From a candidate division FCPU426 bacterium (GTDB taxonomy: Bacteria; Oederibacteriota; Muellerivitia; Muellerivitales; Muellerivitaceae), in the NCBI GenBank assembly GCA_963796105.1, contig CAWCKJ010000009.1, forward strand, positions 32,001 to 96,000: a stretch of 64,000 nt of DNA, written 5' to 3'. The translations under genes and the position numbers were made by a program. The notes below the pieces were generated by a model that saw only the letters and a list, made by a program, of their open reading frames with translations, made no database searches and had not been told where the DNA came from. Shown piece after piece: positions 22,451 to 33,124 of the stretch; positions within the stretch are counted from its first letter, which is position 1; the number at the start of each line of letters is the position of its first letter.

Positions 22451-23536
22451 TCAAATATTAAAAAAGAATTCTGGAATGGAGATGATGTATTTCAGGTTCA
22501 AAACCCACCTCAGGATCATTTTGATCGGAAGCGCCGCCATCATGAGGGACAAGTTGATCAGGATGGCGTAGCGCACGATGCCCATCCGTTCCAACAATCT
22601 ACCAAAGAGAGGCACCATCTTGGTCAAAAGAGGCGGCAAACCAGTAAAATAAAGGATCACGATCAGGAATCCCCAGATCTCCCGAAGAAACCAGTTGTGC
22701 GGCAGGCCCATCCCCAGCCATTTCACCCAAACATATTCTGAGACGTTTACATTGTTCAAGACCACCACTTTATGGATGTCCCATTCCTCAAAGGGACCAA
22801 AAAAGTTCCATGCAGGTCCGCGGAGGAAAGTGCCCAGGAAGATAAGGGTGACCCAAAGGATAAAAAAGCCGAAGAGGAACGGAATGATCGCCATCTTGCG
22901 CTCATTGAAGGTGTAATATCCGTTTCCGGCGGGATTCTTATCAATATAAGGAATGGACATAAGACCCACGATAATGAATGTTGGAAATACCACCCCGGCA
23001 AGCCAGGGGTCGTAATAAACCAGCATCTCCTGCAGGCCCAGGAAATACCAGGGCGCCTTGGAAGGATTAGGAGTCCAAGCAGGCGTAGCAGGCTCCTCCA
23101 GAGGCGCTTTCAGATAGAAGGACCAGGCCAGAAGTGCCACTCCCGCGATGACCGTGACGATAAACTCGATATAAACCAAGTCGGGCCAGACATATGTTTT
23201 CTTGTCTGAAGTCTCCTTTTCCACGGGACCTTGGCCCTGTGCCAGCCGTTTGTCGTTCACAGTCGCTTGCCGGAAGGATAGCCAAGTAAAGAAAGCCACA
23301 GAGAAAACCATGATGAAGATGGGGAAATTATCAGCCTTTGTAGAAATTTCACGGAAATGGCCGTTGAACATGGAGAGTCCTAAAATAGCCAACACACCAA
23401 GGAAAAGTTTCAAGACGAATTTGGGTTCTGTCCATTTGTCTCGGTAATGGATCATGGCCCAAAAACCTGTGACCGAGAAAATGAAATACATATAGGGCTG
23501 GAACAGAAAATTTGTGACTTGAATTAAGTAGTGCAT
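22451..23536 (-). CDS. Cytochrome b C-terminal (subunit IV/QcrC-like) membrane protein
   Basis: VWPDLVY, APLEEPA..TPNPSKAPWYFLGLQE (PEWY-equivalent) and multiple TM helices. Confidence 0.85.
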   Translation of the reverse strand: MHYLIQVTNFLFQPYMYFIFSVTGFWAMIHYRDKWTEPKFVLKLFLGVLAILGLSMFNGHFREISTKADNFPIFIMVFSVAFFTWLSFRQATVNDKRLAQGQGPVEKETSDKKTYVWPDLVYIEFIVTVIAGVALLAWSFYLKAPLEEPATPAWTPNPSKAPWYFLGLQEMLVYYDPWLAGVVFPTFIIVGLMSIPYIDKNPAGNGYYTFNERKMAIIPFLFGFFILWVTLIFLGTFLRGPAWNFFGPFEEWDIHKVVVLNNVNVSEYVWVKWLGMGLPHNWFLREIWGFLIVILYFTGLPPLLTKMVPLFGRLLERMGIVRYAILINLSLMMAALPIKMILRWVLNLKYIISIPEFFFNI

Positions 23537-23581
23537 CTATCCTCAATTAATCGTTTTAAACTTCTCTTCATAAACAGATTC

Positions 23582-24418
23582 TTACAGGGGCCCTGAAATG
23601 CCGCCGTCCTTGCGCACCCGCCAAAAATGAACCGCCATAAAGGTTGCGGCTACAATCGGAATGAACACACAATGAAGCACATAAAAACGGAGCAGGGTCG
23701 CCTCAGAAACGAAATGCCCTCCTAAAAGGGCAAAATGAATGTCCGATCCTCCGTGCACCAGATGGACTCCCCCTATTTGAATCATGGAAGCTCCAGGTCC
23801 TTCGTAACCCAGGAATGGAGTGGCGCGCGCCATGTTGGTACCCACTGTGATGGCCCACATGGCCAACTGATCCCAAGGGAGCAGATAACCTGTAAAGGAA
23901 AGAAGGAGCGTCAATACCAGAAGCACTACGCCTACCACCCAATTGAATTCTCTTGGCGGTTTATAGGAACCTGTCATAAAAACCCTGAACATATGAAGCC
24001 AAACCGCGATGACCATAGCATGGGCTCCCCAACGGTGGATTTCCCGCATGATTCCCAATGGAACATGTTCCCTCAGGGCCACGATATCATTGAAGGCGTA
24101 TTCAGCGGTCGGTCTGTAATAAAACATCAAAAGCAATCCAGAAATGGTGAGATTCAAAAAAAGGAAGAAGGACAATCCGCCCATGCACCAGGTATAGCTC
24201 ATCTTGATCCCAGAATAACGCACCTTAACCGGATGCAAATGCAGGAAAACGTTCGAGAGCACCGCCATGATCCGGTTTCGGGGCGTATCGGGATATCCAT
24301 GCCGGAAAATAGATTTCCAAACCTGTCCCTCGGATACAGCCTTTTTCACCAACGAAAGCGCCGGGGCCTTCGCCCTTAAATCGCTGATCGTTTTTTTAAG
24401 TCCTTCCAGCATTCCCAT
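23582..24418 (-). CDS. Cytochrome b6-like (QcrB/PetB) subunit
   Basis: WCMGG (heme ci Cys), [27 protein letters not shown] and RFYVLH-x14-H. Confidence 0.95.
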   Translation of the reverse strand: MGMLEGLKKTISDLRAKAPALSLVKKAVSEGQVWKSIFRHGYPDTPRNRIMAVLSNVFLHLHPVKVRYSGIKMSYTWCMGGLSFFLFLNLTISGLLLMFYYRPTAEYAFNDIVALREHVPLGIMREIHRWGAHAMVIAVWLHMFRVFMTGSYKPPREFNWVVGVVLLVLTLLLSFTGYLLPWDQLAMWAITVGTNMARATPFLGYEGPGASMIQIGGVHLVHGGSDIHFALLGGHFVSEATLLRFYVLHCVFIPIVAATFMAVHFWRVRKDGGISGPL

Positions 24419-24486
24419 CTCCTCCCCCTATAAATTCCGGAAATCGAACCCAGAATTCAACCCTTCAATCCTCGTTTATAATCTTT

Positions 24487-25266
24487 TCAGGCTTTGTACT
24501 CCAGAAAAGACCCCGGTAAACCCCATTGCCCAAGTTCCTGCTGGTACTTGACGCCTTCGTCCACCTCAATCTGTCCATCATCCGCCAAGGAAATCCTGAA
24601 GCGTTCTAAAGGCCTAGGAGCAGGTCCCTCGAAGTTGACGCCGGTAACGTAAAAACCGCTGCCATGGCAGGGACACTTGAACTTCTGCTCTGTCTGGAGC
24701 CAATTGGGCGTACAGCCCAAGTGGGTGCAAATGGTGGAGAGGGCATAAAATCCTTTTTCCTCCCGAACAATCCAAACCCGGTGCTCATTCTTGAACCTTT
24801 CGTCAACCCCAAGCGCAAACTGGTCGGGAACCCCCACCTTAAATTGGAGCGGGGGTTCAAAGGTAACGTTGGGGAAAAAGAACCTTAGCACAGTACTGAG
24901 AGCTCCCATGGTTGCGGCTGTAAAAGCGACCCAAGCCCACCCCAGAAGAGTGATGAATGATCTGCGGGTCATGGGTGGGTTCAGGTCCAAACCCCCTGCA
25001 GACACTTCGACTAAGGACCGTTTTGGAGTTTTAGGTTTCGGTTCAGGTACTTGTTCTTTATTGGAAGCAAAGTGGTAAAAAGTCAAGGAAAGGAGAACTA
25101 CCGCGTAAAGGGCGACCAAACCCATGATGACCCATGCGGTCAGGGGAAGGGTCTTGGTATGAATTTCTTCCTTTGCCGCAAAAACACCAGTCGACCAGAG
25201 AAGAACAGGGATAACCAAGAATGAGACCAACCGCGCGAATCGGAAGGATTTTAATAATTCGGACAC
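24487..25266 (-). CDS. Rieske 2Fe-2S subunit with N-terminal membrane extension
   Basis: CTHLGC, CPCHGS and GPAPRPL; internal Tat motif TRRSF; GGGGAG SD before the GTG. Confidence 0.95.
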   Translation of the reverse strand: MSELLKSFRFARLVSFLVIPVLLWSTGVFAAKEEIHTKTLPLTAWVIMGLVALYAVVLLSLTFYHFASNKEQVPEPKPKTPKRSLVEVSAGGLDLNPPMTRRSFITLLGWAWVAFTAATMGALSTVLRFFFPNVTFEPPLQFKVGVPDQFALGVDERFKNEHRVWIVREEKGFYALSTICTHLGCTPNWLQTEQKFKCPCHGSGFYVTGVNFEGPAPRPLERFRISLADDGQIEVDEGVKYQQELGQWGLPGSFLEYKA

Positions 25267-25322
25267 CGTGACTCCCCAGGTTTAAAAATAACCACGAATG
25301 TTATAATTTAAGATTGGTCCCC

Positions 25323-25353
25323 AAAAAAAAGCCACCCCCTTTTGGGGAGTGGT
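25323..25353 (-). terminator. Intrinsic terminator upstream of the Rieske gene
   Basis: Minus strand ACCACTCCCC-AAAA-GGGGGTGGC followed by T8. Confidence 0.75.
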
Positions 25354-25383
25354 AAAGCTCGGACAACCCATTGAGCGAGGGGT

Positions 25384-25413
25384 ATTCTAGTCTGGTAATT
25401 TTTTAAGTGTCAA
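25384..25413 (-). promoter_or_regulatory. Sigma70-type promoter
   Basis: TTGACA-18 nt-TAGAAT on the minus strand. Confidence 0.7.
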
Positions 25414-25572
25414 GAATACGTCAGGTAAAATCGACTATTTTTATCGGGTTTTTCACAATTCACGGTTTATCCCTGAAGTTCTTGCCAAATATTTTTAACC
25501 ATTCATCTTCCCAATGTAACACAGCTTCTCCCTCTAATAGCCATGAGTCTCCAGTATTGGGCATTAAATACT

Positions 25573-26895
25573 TCAGAACAAACTTCCAGATCGTCTCTCG
25601 CCTACGAGGTGATAATTCCGTTCCTGGATCGCCTTTACCAGCGTGGCCCTATCCTTATATAGGGATTGTGTTCTCAATTTTTCAATAAGGTACCCCGATT
25701 GAAACCAGATGCTGGCAATGACACATATCAAACCAAATACCCTCCAGAGTCTGTCCGAGTCAAACCGAGCCCAAATATAGAAAGAATAGACTATGACTAG
25801 AGGGGCCAGGATGAAATACATATGAGCCAAAGGGGGCTTTGAAGTAAAACAAAAAGCTGTCCAAACGAGCATGAAGGATGCAAAAATAAGAAGCCCTATT
25901 TTTCTTGAGTCGATATTTTTTTTATCTTTTTTAAACCCGAGTAGCAAAAGAACGACCGGTTGAAGCCACCCCAGAAACATTAAAAACAATCCCGGAAGGG
26001 CTATCCAGGGAACCTGCTTAAGAAGAAAATCCAAACGTTGGCGCGAATGCTCCCCGATGAACCTGGGCACCTCATAACAAGCGAAAGAAAGATACCGCGC
26101 TAGAATGGTAAAAAAAGAGAAAAAGTTATCCGAGTTAAATGCCACCGCCAACCCAATGGCTTCCGACCCTCGAGAGAAACCATACTTTAAAAACGTCGGC
26201 ATTATAAATAGGAGTGGAAAAAAGGAGCCCATCAAAAAACCCAGCAAAGGTTGGTAAAGTTGTCGCAGACCTGATTTCCAATGTAAAAACAAAGGTAGCA
26301 TTAACAAGGGAAGAAGAAGAACCCAGGAATAATGTAATTGCATGTCCCAAAAAAGGCCGAAACCCATTAATGCGAAAGACATCCCCGGGGGTATTCTGTT
26401 GAGCGAAAAACCGGGAATGGATTCCATAAGTCCTATAAAAAAAAGAGTACTTCCTAGAAAAAGATAAGACGGGTTATAAACACTTGCCCCCATGTGAAGA
26501 GTCCAGGGAAGAAGAGCTGACCACGCAAAGACAAATACCAGAGAGAGCTCGGGAAGACGTAGGGTAATGTACCAGGAAAGTAGCGCAATTGCTGATGTTG
26601 AAAGCAGACTCGCCAGTATAAATGGCGCCTCTGGTATGGGAAGAAGATAAAACGGGAAGCCCACCAAAAAGGCTTCCAACGCCCCTGGTATTTGGGAATG
26701 AAACCCTTTGTGAATCCCCGAAAGTACGTACTCGTCCGGCCCAAAATACGGCCAACCTCCTTGGCAAAACCATTTCATGCCAAGCAGATAAGTTTGAAGA
26801 TAATCGTCATCTCGAAAGGGCTGGGATAATCCAAAAACCAACCGGAATACAAATAAGAAAACAAAAAGAAGAATGAATTTCCAACGATTGCTCAG
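25573..26895 (-). CDS. Polytopic membrane protein, probable GT-C (ArnT/PMT-like) glycosyltransferase
   Basis: Many TM helices and an acidic RDDD after TM1. An in-frame CTG at 26895 after AAGGAG supplies TM1; the ORF track starts at 26841. Confidence 0.55.
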   Translation of the reverse strand: MSNRWKFILLFVFLFVFRLVFGLSQPFRDDDYLQTYLLGMKWFCQGGWPYFGPDEYVLSGIHKGFHSQIPGALEAFLVGFPFYLLPIPEAPFILASLLSTSAIALLSWYITLRLPELSLVFVFAWSALLPWTLHMGASVYNPSYLFLGSTLFFIGLMESIPGFSLNRIPPGMSFALMGFGLFWDMQLHYSWVLLLPLLMLPLFLHWKSGLRQLYQPLLGFLMGSFFPLLFIMPTFLKYGFSRGSEAIGLAVAFNSDNFFSFFTILARYLSFACYEVPRFIGEHSRQRLDFLLKQVPWIALPGLFLMFLGWLQPVVLLLLGFKKDKKNIDSRKIGLLIFASFMLVWTAFCFTSKPPLAHMYFILAPLVIVYSFYIWARFDSDRLWRVFGLICVIASIWFQSGYLIEKLRTQSLYKDRATLVKAIQERNYHLVGERRSGSLF

Positions 26896-26938
26896 TTAAA
26901 TCTCCTTTTGAATGCAATCCCAATGGGGCTGAAGGATT

Positions 26939-29255
26939 TTAATTAGTAATAAGAAATTCACTTTTGAGATGGATGTCTTTCGATGAAGAACCTACCTGAA
27001 TTTGAACTCGACCCGGTTCAACATTCCAAGATCCTTGCGCGGGATCTAATGGCCTTTCCTTATTTTCTCGCCAATATGCAAGATCAGAAGCCTTAACGGC
27101 AAATTGAATTTCCTTGGTTTTTCCCGGTTCCAAAAAAACTCTTTGGAAACCCTTTAATTCCTTGTTCGGTCTTTGGATTTTGGAATCCATATATTTCAAG
27201 TAAAGCTGAACCACCTCGTCGCCTGGTCTTGAACCACTATTAATCAATTCAAAGGTGACATTTATCTGCCCGTTTGTTTTCACGGATGTTGTATTCATCT
27301 TTAAATTTGAATATTTAAAATTCGTGTAGCTTAAACCATAGCCAAACGGGAAGAGGGGTTCTCCTTTAAAGTAAAGGTAGGTGTGGCCATGGCGGATATC
27401 GTAGTCCATCATAGGCGGAAGTTGATCTATAGAGCGGGGCCAAGTTTCCACCAAACGACCGCCCGGATTGACATCCCCAAATAAGGCTTCAGCCAAAGCG
27501 GTTCCACTTTCCTGTCCACTATGGGCCATGTGAAGAATGGCTGGAACATGATCAACGGTCCAGGTCATAGTGAAAGGAAAACTGCTGATAAGAGCCACAA
27601 TTGTGCGCGGGTTTGCATGTAAAACTTTCTTAATCAATTCTTCCTGCCGAAGATCCATGGATTCCCGGTCCAGAGATTCCTTGCCCTCCGCAGTCGAATC
27701 GCGCTTTCCCCATCCCCCATTACCCAGGGGATGATTCCCGGCGCAGACAATTGCCGCATCACATGAACGCGCTAATTTTTCGGCAGCTCCGCCTGTGTTA
27801 TCTTGAGCGAATTGAACCCGGACGCCTTCTCCCAATCGTTTTTGAATTCCCTCCAATGGGGAAATTCGATATGGAGCGTCCCCTCCATACCAATCTGAAA
27901 TCACCATATCCGCATAAGGTCCAATTACAGCCAGGGATCGAATCTTTCCAGCATCAAGGGGAAGCAATCTTCCCTTATTCTTCAACAATACGATTGATTC
28001 TCGAGCAGCCCTCAAAGCCAGCGTTTTGTGCTCCACACTCTCCCAGGGAAGTTCTTTTCCCACGTTGCGGTAAGGTACCATCTCAGGGGGATCTATCATC
28101 CCTAGACGAATCATCACGCGAAAAACACCCCGCAAGGATTCGTCCATTTGTGAATCCGACAAAATTTCTTGACCCAAGGCGGTACGAACTGGTTCCTCAA
28201 AACGGTCCAAGAATTGATTGATTCCCGATTTAACGCAATCGGCCGCAGCCTCCTCCAGCTTCGAATAACGTTTATGCTCGGTTACCAGATTCTCCATCGC
28301 TCCCCCATCGGTACAGATGATGCCGTCGTGACCCCAGTCCTGAATGACAACGTTCTTAAGGAAAGGGTTGACCGCACAGGGAATCCCGTTGACCGCGTTG
28401 TAGGCCGCCATCATGCCCTGCGCCTTGGCATCCCGAATGGCCATTCGAAAAGGCACTGAATAATACTCCCGAAAAAGCCTTGAGTCATAAATAGATACCC
28501 ACGGGCAAGCCCGTGGTACTAAAATCAAAATTCAAGCTTCGCTTGCCGTGCTTTCAGCACGGTGGCCTTTCACCCACGGGCAAGCCCGTGGAACTCAAAG
28601 CGGCCGGATTGGAGGAACTGCTCACTCGGCCTTTCTCATTACTATTGGAGAGAAAATGTTTCAAGAGGGATGCACATTGGAGGTAATGTGGATCCTCTCC
28701 TTGAAGACCCCGGGTCATGGCCGTAGCCATGGTTCCGTTGAAAAAAGAGTCTTCCCCAAAGCATTCCTCAGTACGGCCCCAGCGGGGGTCCCGGCCCAAA
28801 TCGGCGTTTGGCGCCCTCACGACCAAACCACCCCGGTGGTACATGGGGCTTTCCCAAAGGTACCGAATTTCTCTGCCTTCGGCCTTACCCACTTGTCGCA
28901 CCAGTTCGGAGTCCCAAGTTTCTCCCAGACCGATGGCCTGGGGAAATTGTGTTGTCGGAACTGGGTCTCCTCTTCCCCAATTCCCTACTTCACCCAAAGC
29001 AAGACCGTGTAATCCTTCAACATGCCCCGTTCCCTTGACCCAAAGACGCGGAATATCCGGAACTGTGCTCAAACAGCGAATTTTCTCCTCCCGTGACATC
29101 AAGGAGAGAAGATTGGTAATTCTTTCTTCAATATACAAGTCGGGATTTTGAAATGGATATTGATAGTTCTTTTTAATCGCGCCCATGGCAGGAATTAGGA
29201 GGAAGCACAGAACAAAACGAGCAAATCGGGGCAAAGTACTATTTCGTTTTCGCAT
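26939..29255 (-). pseudogene. GH3 beta-glucosidase/xylosidase interrupted by a 118-bp insertion
   Basis: The N-part (FPQAIG, RDPRWGR, KHF..SSSSN) and the C-part (YDSRLFREYY, TDGG, PFGYGLSY) join in frame when 28491..28608 is removed. Confidence 0.92.
28491..28608 (-). mobile_element. Non-autonomous IS200/IS605-type palindrome-associated mini-element (PATE)
   Basis: Identical subterminal hairpins CCACGGGCAAGCCCGTGG at 28499-28516 and 28574-28591; no TSD; no transposase. Confidence 0.85.
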
Positions 29256-29397
29256 AGCAGGCGTAATAAAGATTCATTTGTAAACCTATCCATTTAATAT
29301 TACTTTCGATTTATCCAGAAATCACATCTGTTGCCCTGCCCCCCCAAGACAAATTTTCATCTATTATTGGTTTTTTATGTGTTTTTGTTAAGCGGAA

Positions 29398-31281
29398 TCA
29401 ACGCTTCAAACCTTCCATTCGCTTTGCGCAAAGAAGAGCCAGATCCTTCCGATTCGAGCGGGAATAAATGAACTCCAAATTGTGGTAAAACTCCGGATAC
29501 CTACCCTGGGAGCGGCGGAGGGCCTCCAGGTAGAACGCTTCCGCCGCGTCGCTCCGATTATTCATGAGGCTGAAAAGAGCCAAGGAATGGAGGCCTTGGG
29601 GATAATCCGGTGTGACGACAAAATCTTTCCAAAAACAATTCCAGGCCGACGGGAGAGGCATCTGAAGAAGTTCATGGGCTTTACGAGTGATGTCTTTAGA
29701 AATACCATTTTGAGCTAAAATCTTCTCGTAATCTAAGCCCGGGGTAAGATCCAAATAGCCTTTGCGAAGGAAAATCACGGACGACCCATCCATATAAACA
29801 GGACGCCAATCCGGCAACTTGGACAGCTCGAACTGCCACTGCATGGACTCTAGCGGTATGTAACAAATGATATTCGCATGGTATTTATCCGCGAGCGGCT
29901 TCAATCCCCCAAGGCTGAAGGATGTCATATATTCCTTGAAAAATTCCCGTCCCATAACCTCTAACCGGCCGTCAATAAATGTTTTCTGTTGTCCCTGCCA
30001 ATCCATCCAACTTCCAGATTCAAGTGGGTTTAATACTCGACCATCCAAGTGATTCTGTTTCAGGAATACACAAGCCCTTTCTGGGAGAAAATCCCGGTTC
30101 AAACCCAGGCCGGTAACATTCCACCATCGTTCAGGTATATAGTATGCGCCGGTAGAGACCCTTAAGCAAAGCCCTCCGATTAGAATCGTGAAAGCCAGCG
30201 GCAAAATAGTTTTTTTCAAAATTGGGAAATTGAAATTTTTAAGCCATCTATGTTTTAAATCTTGAAAAAATATTCCGGCATGGGGAGCGCACGCAATCAT
30301 ATATAAAGGAATATTCCTTATAGCAGCCGCAGATAAATATAAAAAAATAAATATCAAAAGCACTTCATGGATTTTTCTTTTTCTGAGTGTTGCTAGGAGC
30401 ATGAGTATCAAGCAAACGCTGAATAGTTTGTAAATGAAGAGTCCAGGTGAAAGGCTAGATTGAGCCAAGCCACTCAAAGTCCATGAGGATTGAAACTCAA
30501 AAATGCTGGACTTAAAAACATTAGAACTGGCTACTGTTTTTAGAAGGTCAAAAGGAAAAATAAACCCATGAAAGAAATAGGGATTAACCAGACAGGCGAG
30601 CAAACTCCATCCAAAATACTTCAAGAGATGGAAATCGATTTTTCTTGAGTGAAAAGAGCTCGATAAAATAAACATACCTAATATGACTAAACCGATCGCG
30701 AACAATCCCTCCACATTGGCCCATGCCAACATAATAAAAGGTATTAGATACAGGCAACTCTTGATTTTCCCGTTTCTTTTTTCAACCTCCAAAAGAAGAA
30801 AGTTCATAAAAATCCAACTGAGTGTTTCTGGTCTGGCCCAAAAGCGGAATTCCGACGTTAGAAGAACCGCCAACAATAAAACTATGCATAACCATTCCGA
30901 AGCGCCCGACTGACGTATACGTTTCCAAACAAGGTAAATAAGCAAGAGAATCAGGAGAATATTAACGATGCAAATAAAGCTATATCCCCCGATCATATAA
31001 ATTAAATATAGAAAAACCTGGTAAAGCCAATGAATATCCAGATATTTATGGTTTGATACGGTATAGGTGAAGGAATCACTGACTGGAAAACATTTGTGAT
31101 CTAAGATCCATTTCCCGCCCATTAAGTGGTAACCCAGATCGGGATCGGAAAGAAGACGGGAACTGAAAAGAACTGCCAGAAGAAATCCGGCGACCATAGC
31201 GTAGGTCCAAGGATTCTCCCAACGCCGACTTGATGATGCCTCCGCCGGAATTATTAAATCAACAGGGAATACCACTTCCAT
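29398..31281 (-). CDS. Polytopic membrane protein (GT-C-like) with C-terminal TPR-like helices
   Basis: DPDLGYHL..GKWI, RPE, WAN, NPY and FIDGR motifs; many TMs; helical tail. Confidence 0.6.
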   Translation of the reverse strand: MEVVFPVDLIIPAEASSSRRWENPWTYAMVAGFLLAVLFSSRLLSDPDLGYHLMGGKWILDHKCFPVSDSFTYTVSNHKYLDIHWLYQVFLYLIYMIGGYSFICIVNILLILLLIYLVWKRIRQSGASEWLCIVLLLAVLLTSEFRFWARPETLSWIFMNFLLLEVEKRNGKIKSCLYLIPFIMLAWANVEGLFAIGLVILGMFILSSSFHSRKIDFHLLKYFGWSLLACLVNPYFFHGFIFPFDLLKTVASSNVFKSSIFEFQSSWTLSGLAQSSLSPGLFIYKLFSVCLILMLLATLRKRKIHEVLLIFIFLYLSAAAIRNIPLYMIACAPHAGIFFQDLKHRWLKNFNFPILKKTILPLAFTILIGGLCLRVSTGAYYIPERWWNVTGLGLNRDFLPERACVFLKQNHLDGRVLNPLESGSWMDWQGQQKTFIDGRLEVMGREFFKEYMTSFSLGGLKPLADKYHANIICYIPLESMQWQFELSKLPDWRPVYMDGSSVIFLRKGYLDLTPGLDYEKILAQNGISKDITRKAHELLQMPLPSAWNCFWKDFVVTPDYPQGLHSLALFSLMNNRSDAAEAFYLEALRRSQGRYPEFYHNLEFIYSRSNRKDLALLCAKRMEGLKR

Positions 31282-31562
31282 TGGTTTTACCTTTCTAGGA
31301 AAAAAGGGATTGAAAGTTATCCTTAAGACAATGGTGTTGGAGCAATTGCAAATGGAAGGAGTTGTGAGCGAAGGAATCTATTGTTTATTTTAAACCCGTT
31401 TATGAGGATTTTTGTTAGGAATGTTTTACCGCTAAAAAGGGCACTCATTCTAAGGAAATAAACTCTTCGGAAGGGTTAAAACAGGTCCCTGATTTATTTG
31501 TCAATAGTTTCTGAACTAAAATTTAACGTTACCACATTTCTTTAGCTGGGAACGTTGGGACT

Positions 31563-32843
31563 TTATTTTCTATCTACTATAGGGACATAAGAACGCTTCG
31601 TTTCCCCTTGGTAGATTTGGCGTGGTCGAGCGATACGGGTATCCTTAGAATGTCTCATTTCCCGCCAGTGGGCTAACCATCCCGGAACCCGTCCGATGGC
31701 GAATAGTACCGTGAACATATTGATAGGAAATCCCGCTGCCTTCAAAATCAACCCGGAATAAAAATCCACATTGGGATATAGTTTTCGGCTGAGGAAGTAA
31801 TCATCCTTCAAAGCGATTTCCTCTAATTTTAGGGCGATGTCAAAGGCTGGATCCACCATGCCGGGTTTTTTCAGGAGCGAATGGCAAAGTTCCTTGATAA
31901 TCTTAGCCCGGGGATCGAAATTTTTATATACCCTGTGCCCAAAACCCATCAACTTACCCCTGTTGTTCTTGATGTCCTCTACAAAAGCCTCGGGGGTCGT
32001 CTTTGTGTCCCGTAAATGGTCCAACATTTCGATTACTTCCTGGTTGGCGCCTCCATGGAGTTTTCCCCAGAGCGCGCAGATGCCGGCCCCGATGACTGAG
32101 TAGATATTAGCCAGACTGGAGCCCGCCATTCGAACGGTGGAGGTGCTACAATTCTGTTCGTGATCCGCGCTCAGGATGAAGAAAAGATCGAGAGCCTTGA
32201 CGATGTCCGGATCCAGGACGTAATCCTTGACCGGCGATGAAAACATCATGGTCAGGAAATTTTCCACGAAACGAAGCTTATTGGAGGGATAAACCACCGG
32301 CTCACCAATGGACTTCTTGTAAGAAAAAGCCGCGATAGTCCGGATTTGGGACATCAGGTTGGCGATAATGACTTCCTCTGCGTGAGGATCTAGGTTTTCC
32401 TTGACCGGATAGAAAGCCGAGAGGGATCCTACCACGCTCGTCAGGATGGCCATAGGGTGGGCCCCTTTTGGGTATCCCGTGAAAAAATGCAGCATGTCCT
32501 CATGGATGAGGGAGGATTTGTTTAACCTCTCTGAAAAACCCTGAAGCTGGGCATCATTGGGTAAGTCGCCATGCATGATGAGGTAAGCCGCCTCGGTGAA
32601 AAAAGATTTCTCCGCGAGTTCTTCAATGGGGATACCTCGATACCGAAGAATTCCCTTGTCCCCGTCAATGAAGGTGATGTTGCTCTCGCAGGCACCAGTG
32701 TTGCTATATCCATTGTCTAGGGTGATGTAACCCGTTTCCGCACGCAAGGCTGAGATGTCAATGGCCTTCTCGCCTTCCGTTCCAACGATAATAGGGAATT
32801 CATAGGTTTTTCCGTCCAAAATGACTTTCGCTTTATCAGGCAT
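31563..32843 (-). CDS. gltA: Citrate synthase
   Basis: GILRYRG, DHEQNCST, LHGGANQ, MGFGHRVYK and YPNVDFYSG. Confidence 0.97.
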   Translation of the reverse strand: MPDKAKVILDGKTYEFPIIVGTEGEKAIDISALRAETGYITLDNGYSNTGACESNITFIDGDKGILRYRGIPIEELAEKSFFTEAAYLIMHGDLPNDAQLQGFSERLNKSSLIHEDMLHFFTGYPKGAHPMAILTSVVGSLSAFYPVKENLDPHAEEVIIANLMSQIRTIAAFSYKKSIGEPVVYPSNKLRFVENFLTMMFSSPVKDYVLDPDIVKALDLFFILSADHEQNCSTSTVRMAGSSLANIYSVIGAGICALWGKLHGGANQEVIEMLDHLRDTKTTPEAFVEDIKNNRGKLMGFGHRVYKNFDPRAKIIKELCHSLLKKPGMVDPAFDIALKLEEIALKDDYFLSRKLYPNVDFYSGLILKAAGFPINMFTVLFAIGRVPGWLAHWREMRHSKDTRIARPRQIYQGETKRSYVPIVDRK

Positions 32844-33124
32844 ATCCGACCTCCGTAAATTGGCTCGACGGGATTATAACGTTTGTTCCGGGCGAAGGGG
32901 CTTCAAATTAAGTGAGTTTATAATATTGAAGAAGGCCCTTAAAGCCCACCTTAAAATGGGAATTAGATTTAAAAATATCAAGCTGTTTAAGAATCAACAA
33001 CATTTAGTTTTATCAGGAAAAACCTGTGAATTACTGGTTTCCAAAAGGAACCTAATAAAAAACGTTAGGATTCCCACCTCTCCCTTTTCGAACCCAGCGT
33101 ATTGATGGAGAAAATTTTATTTTT

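Noticed and set aside
28491..28608. Self-splicing intron/IStron or intein
   Set aside because: It is too short, has no terminal G or group I/II core, and 118 bp is not a multiple of three.
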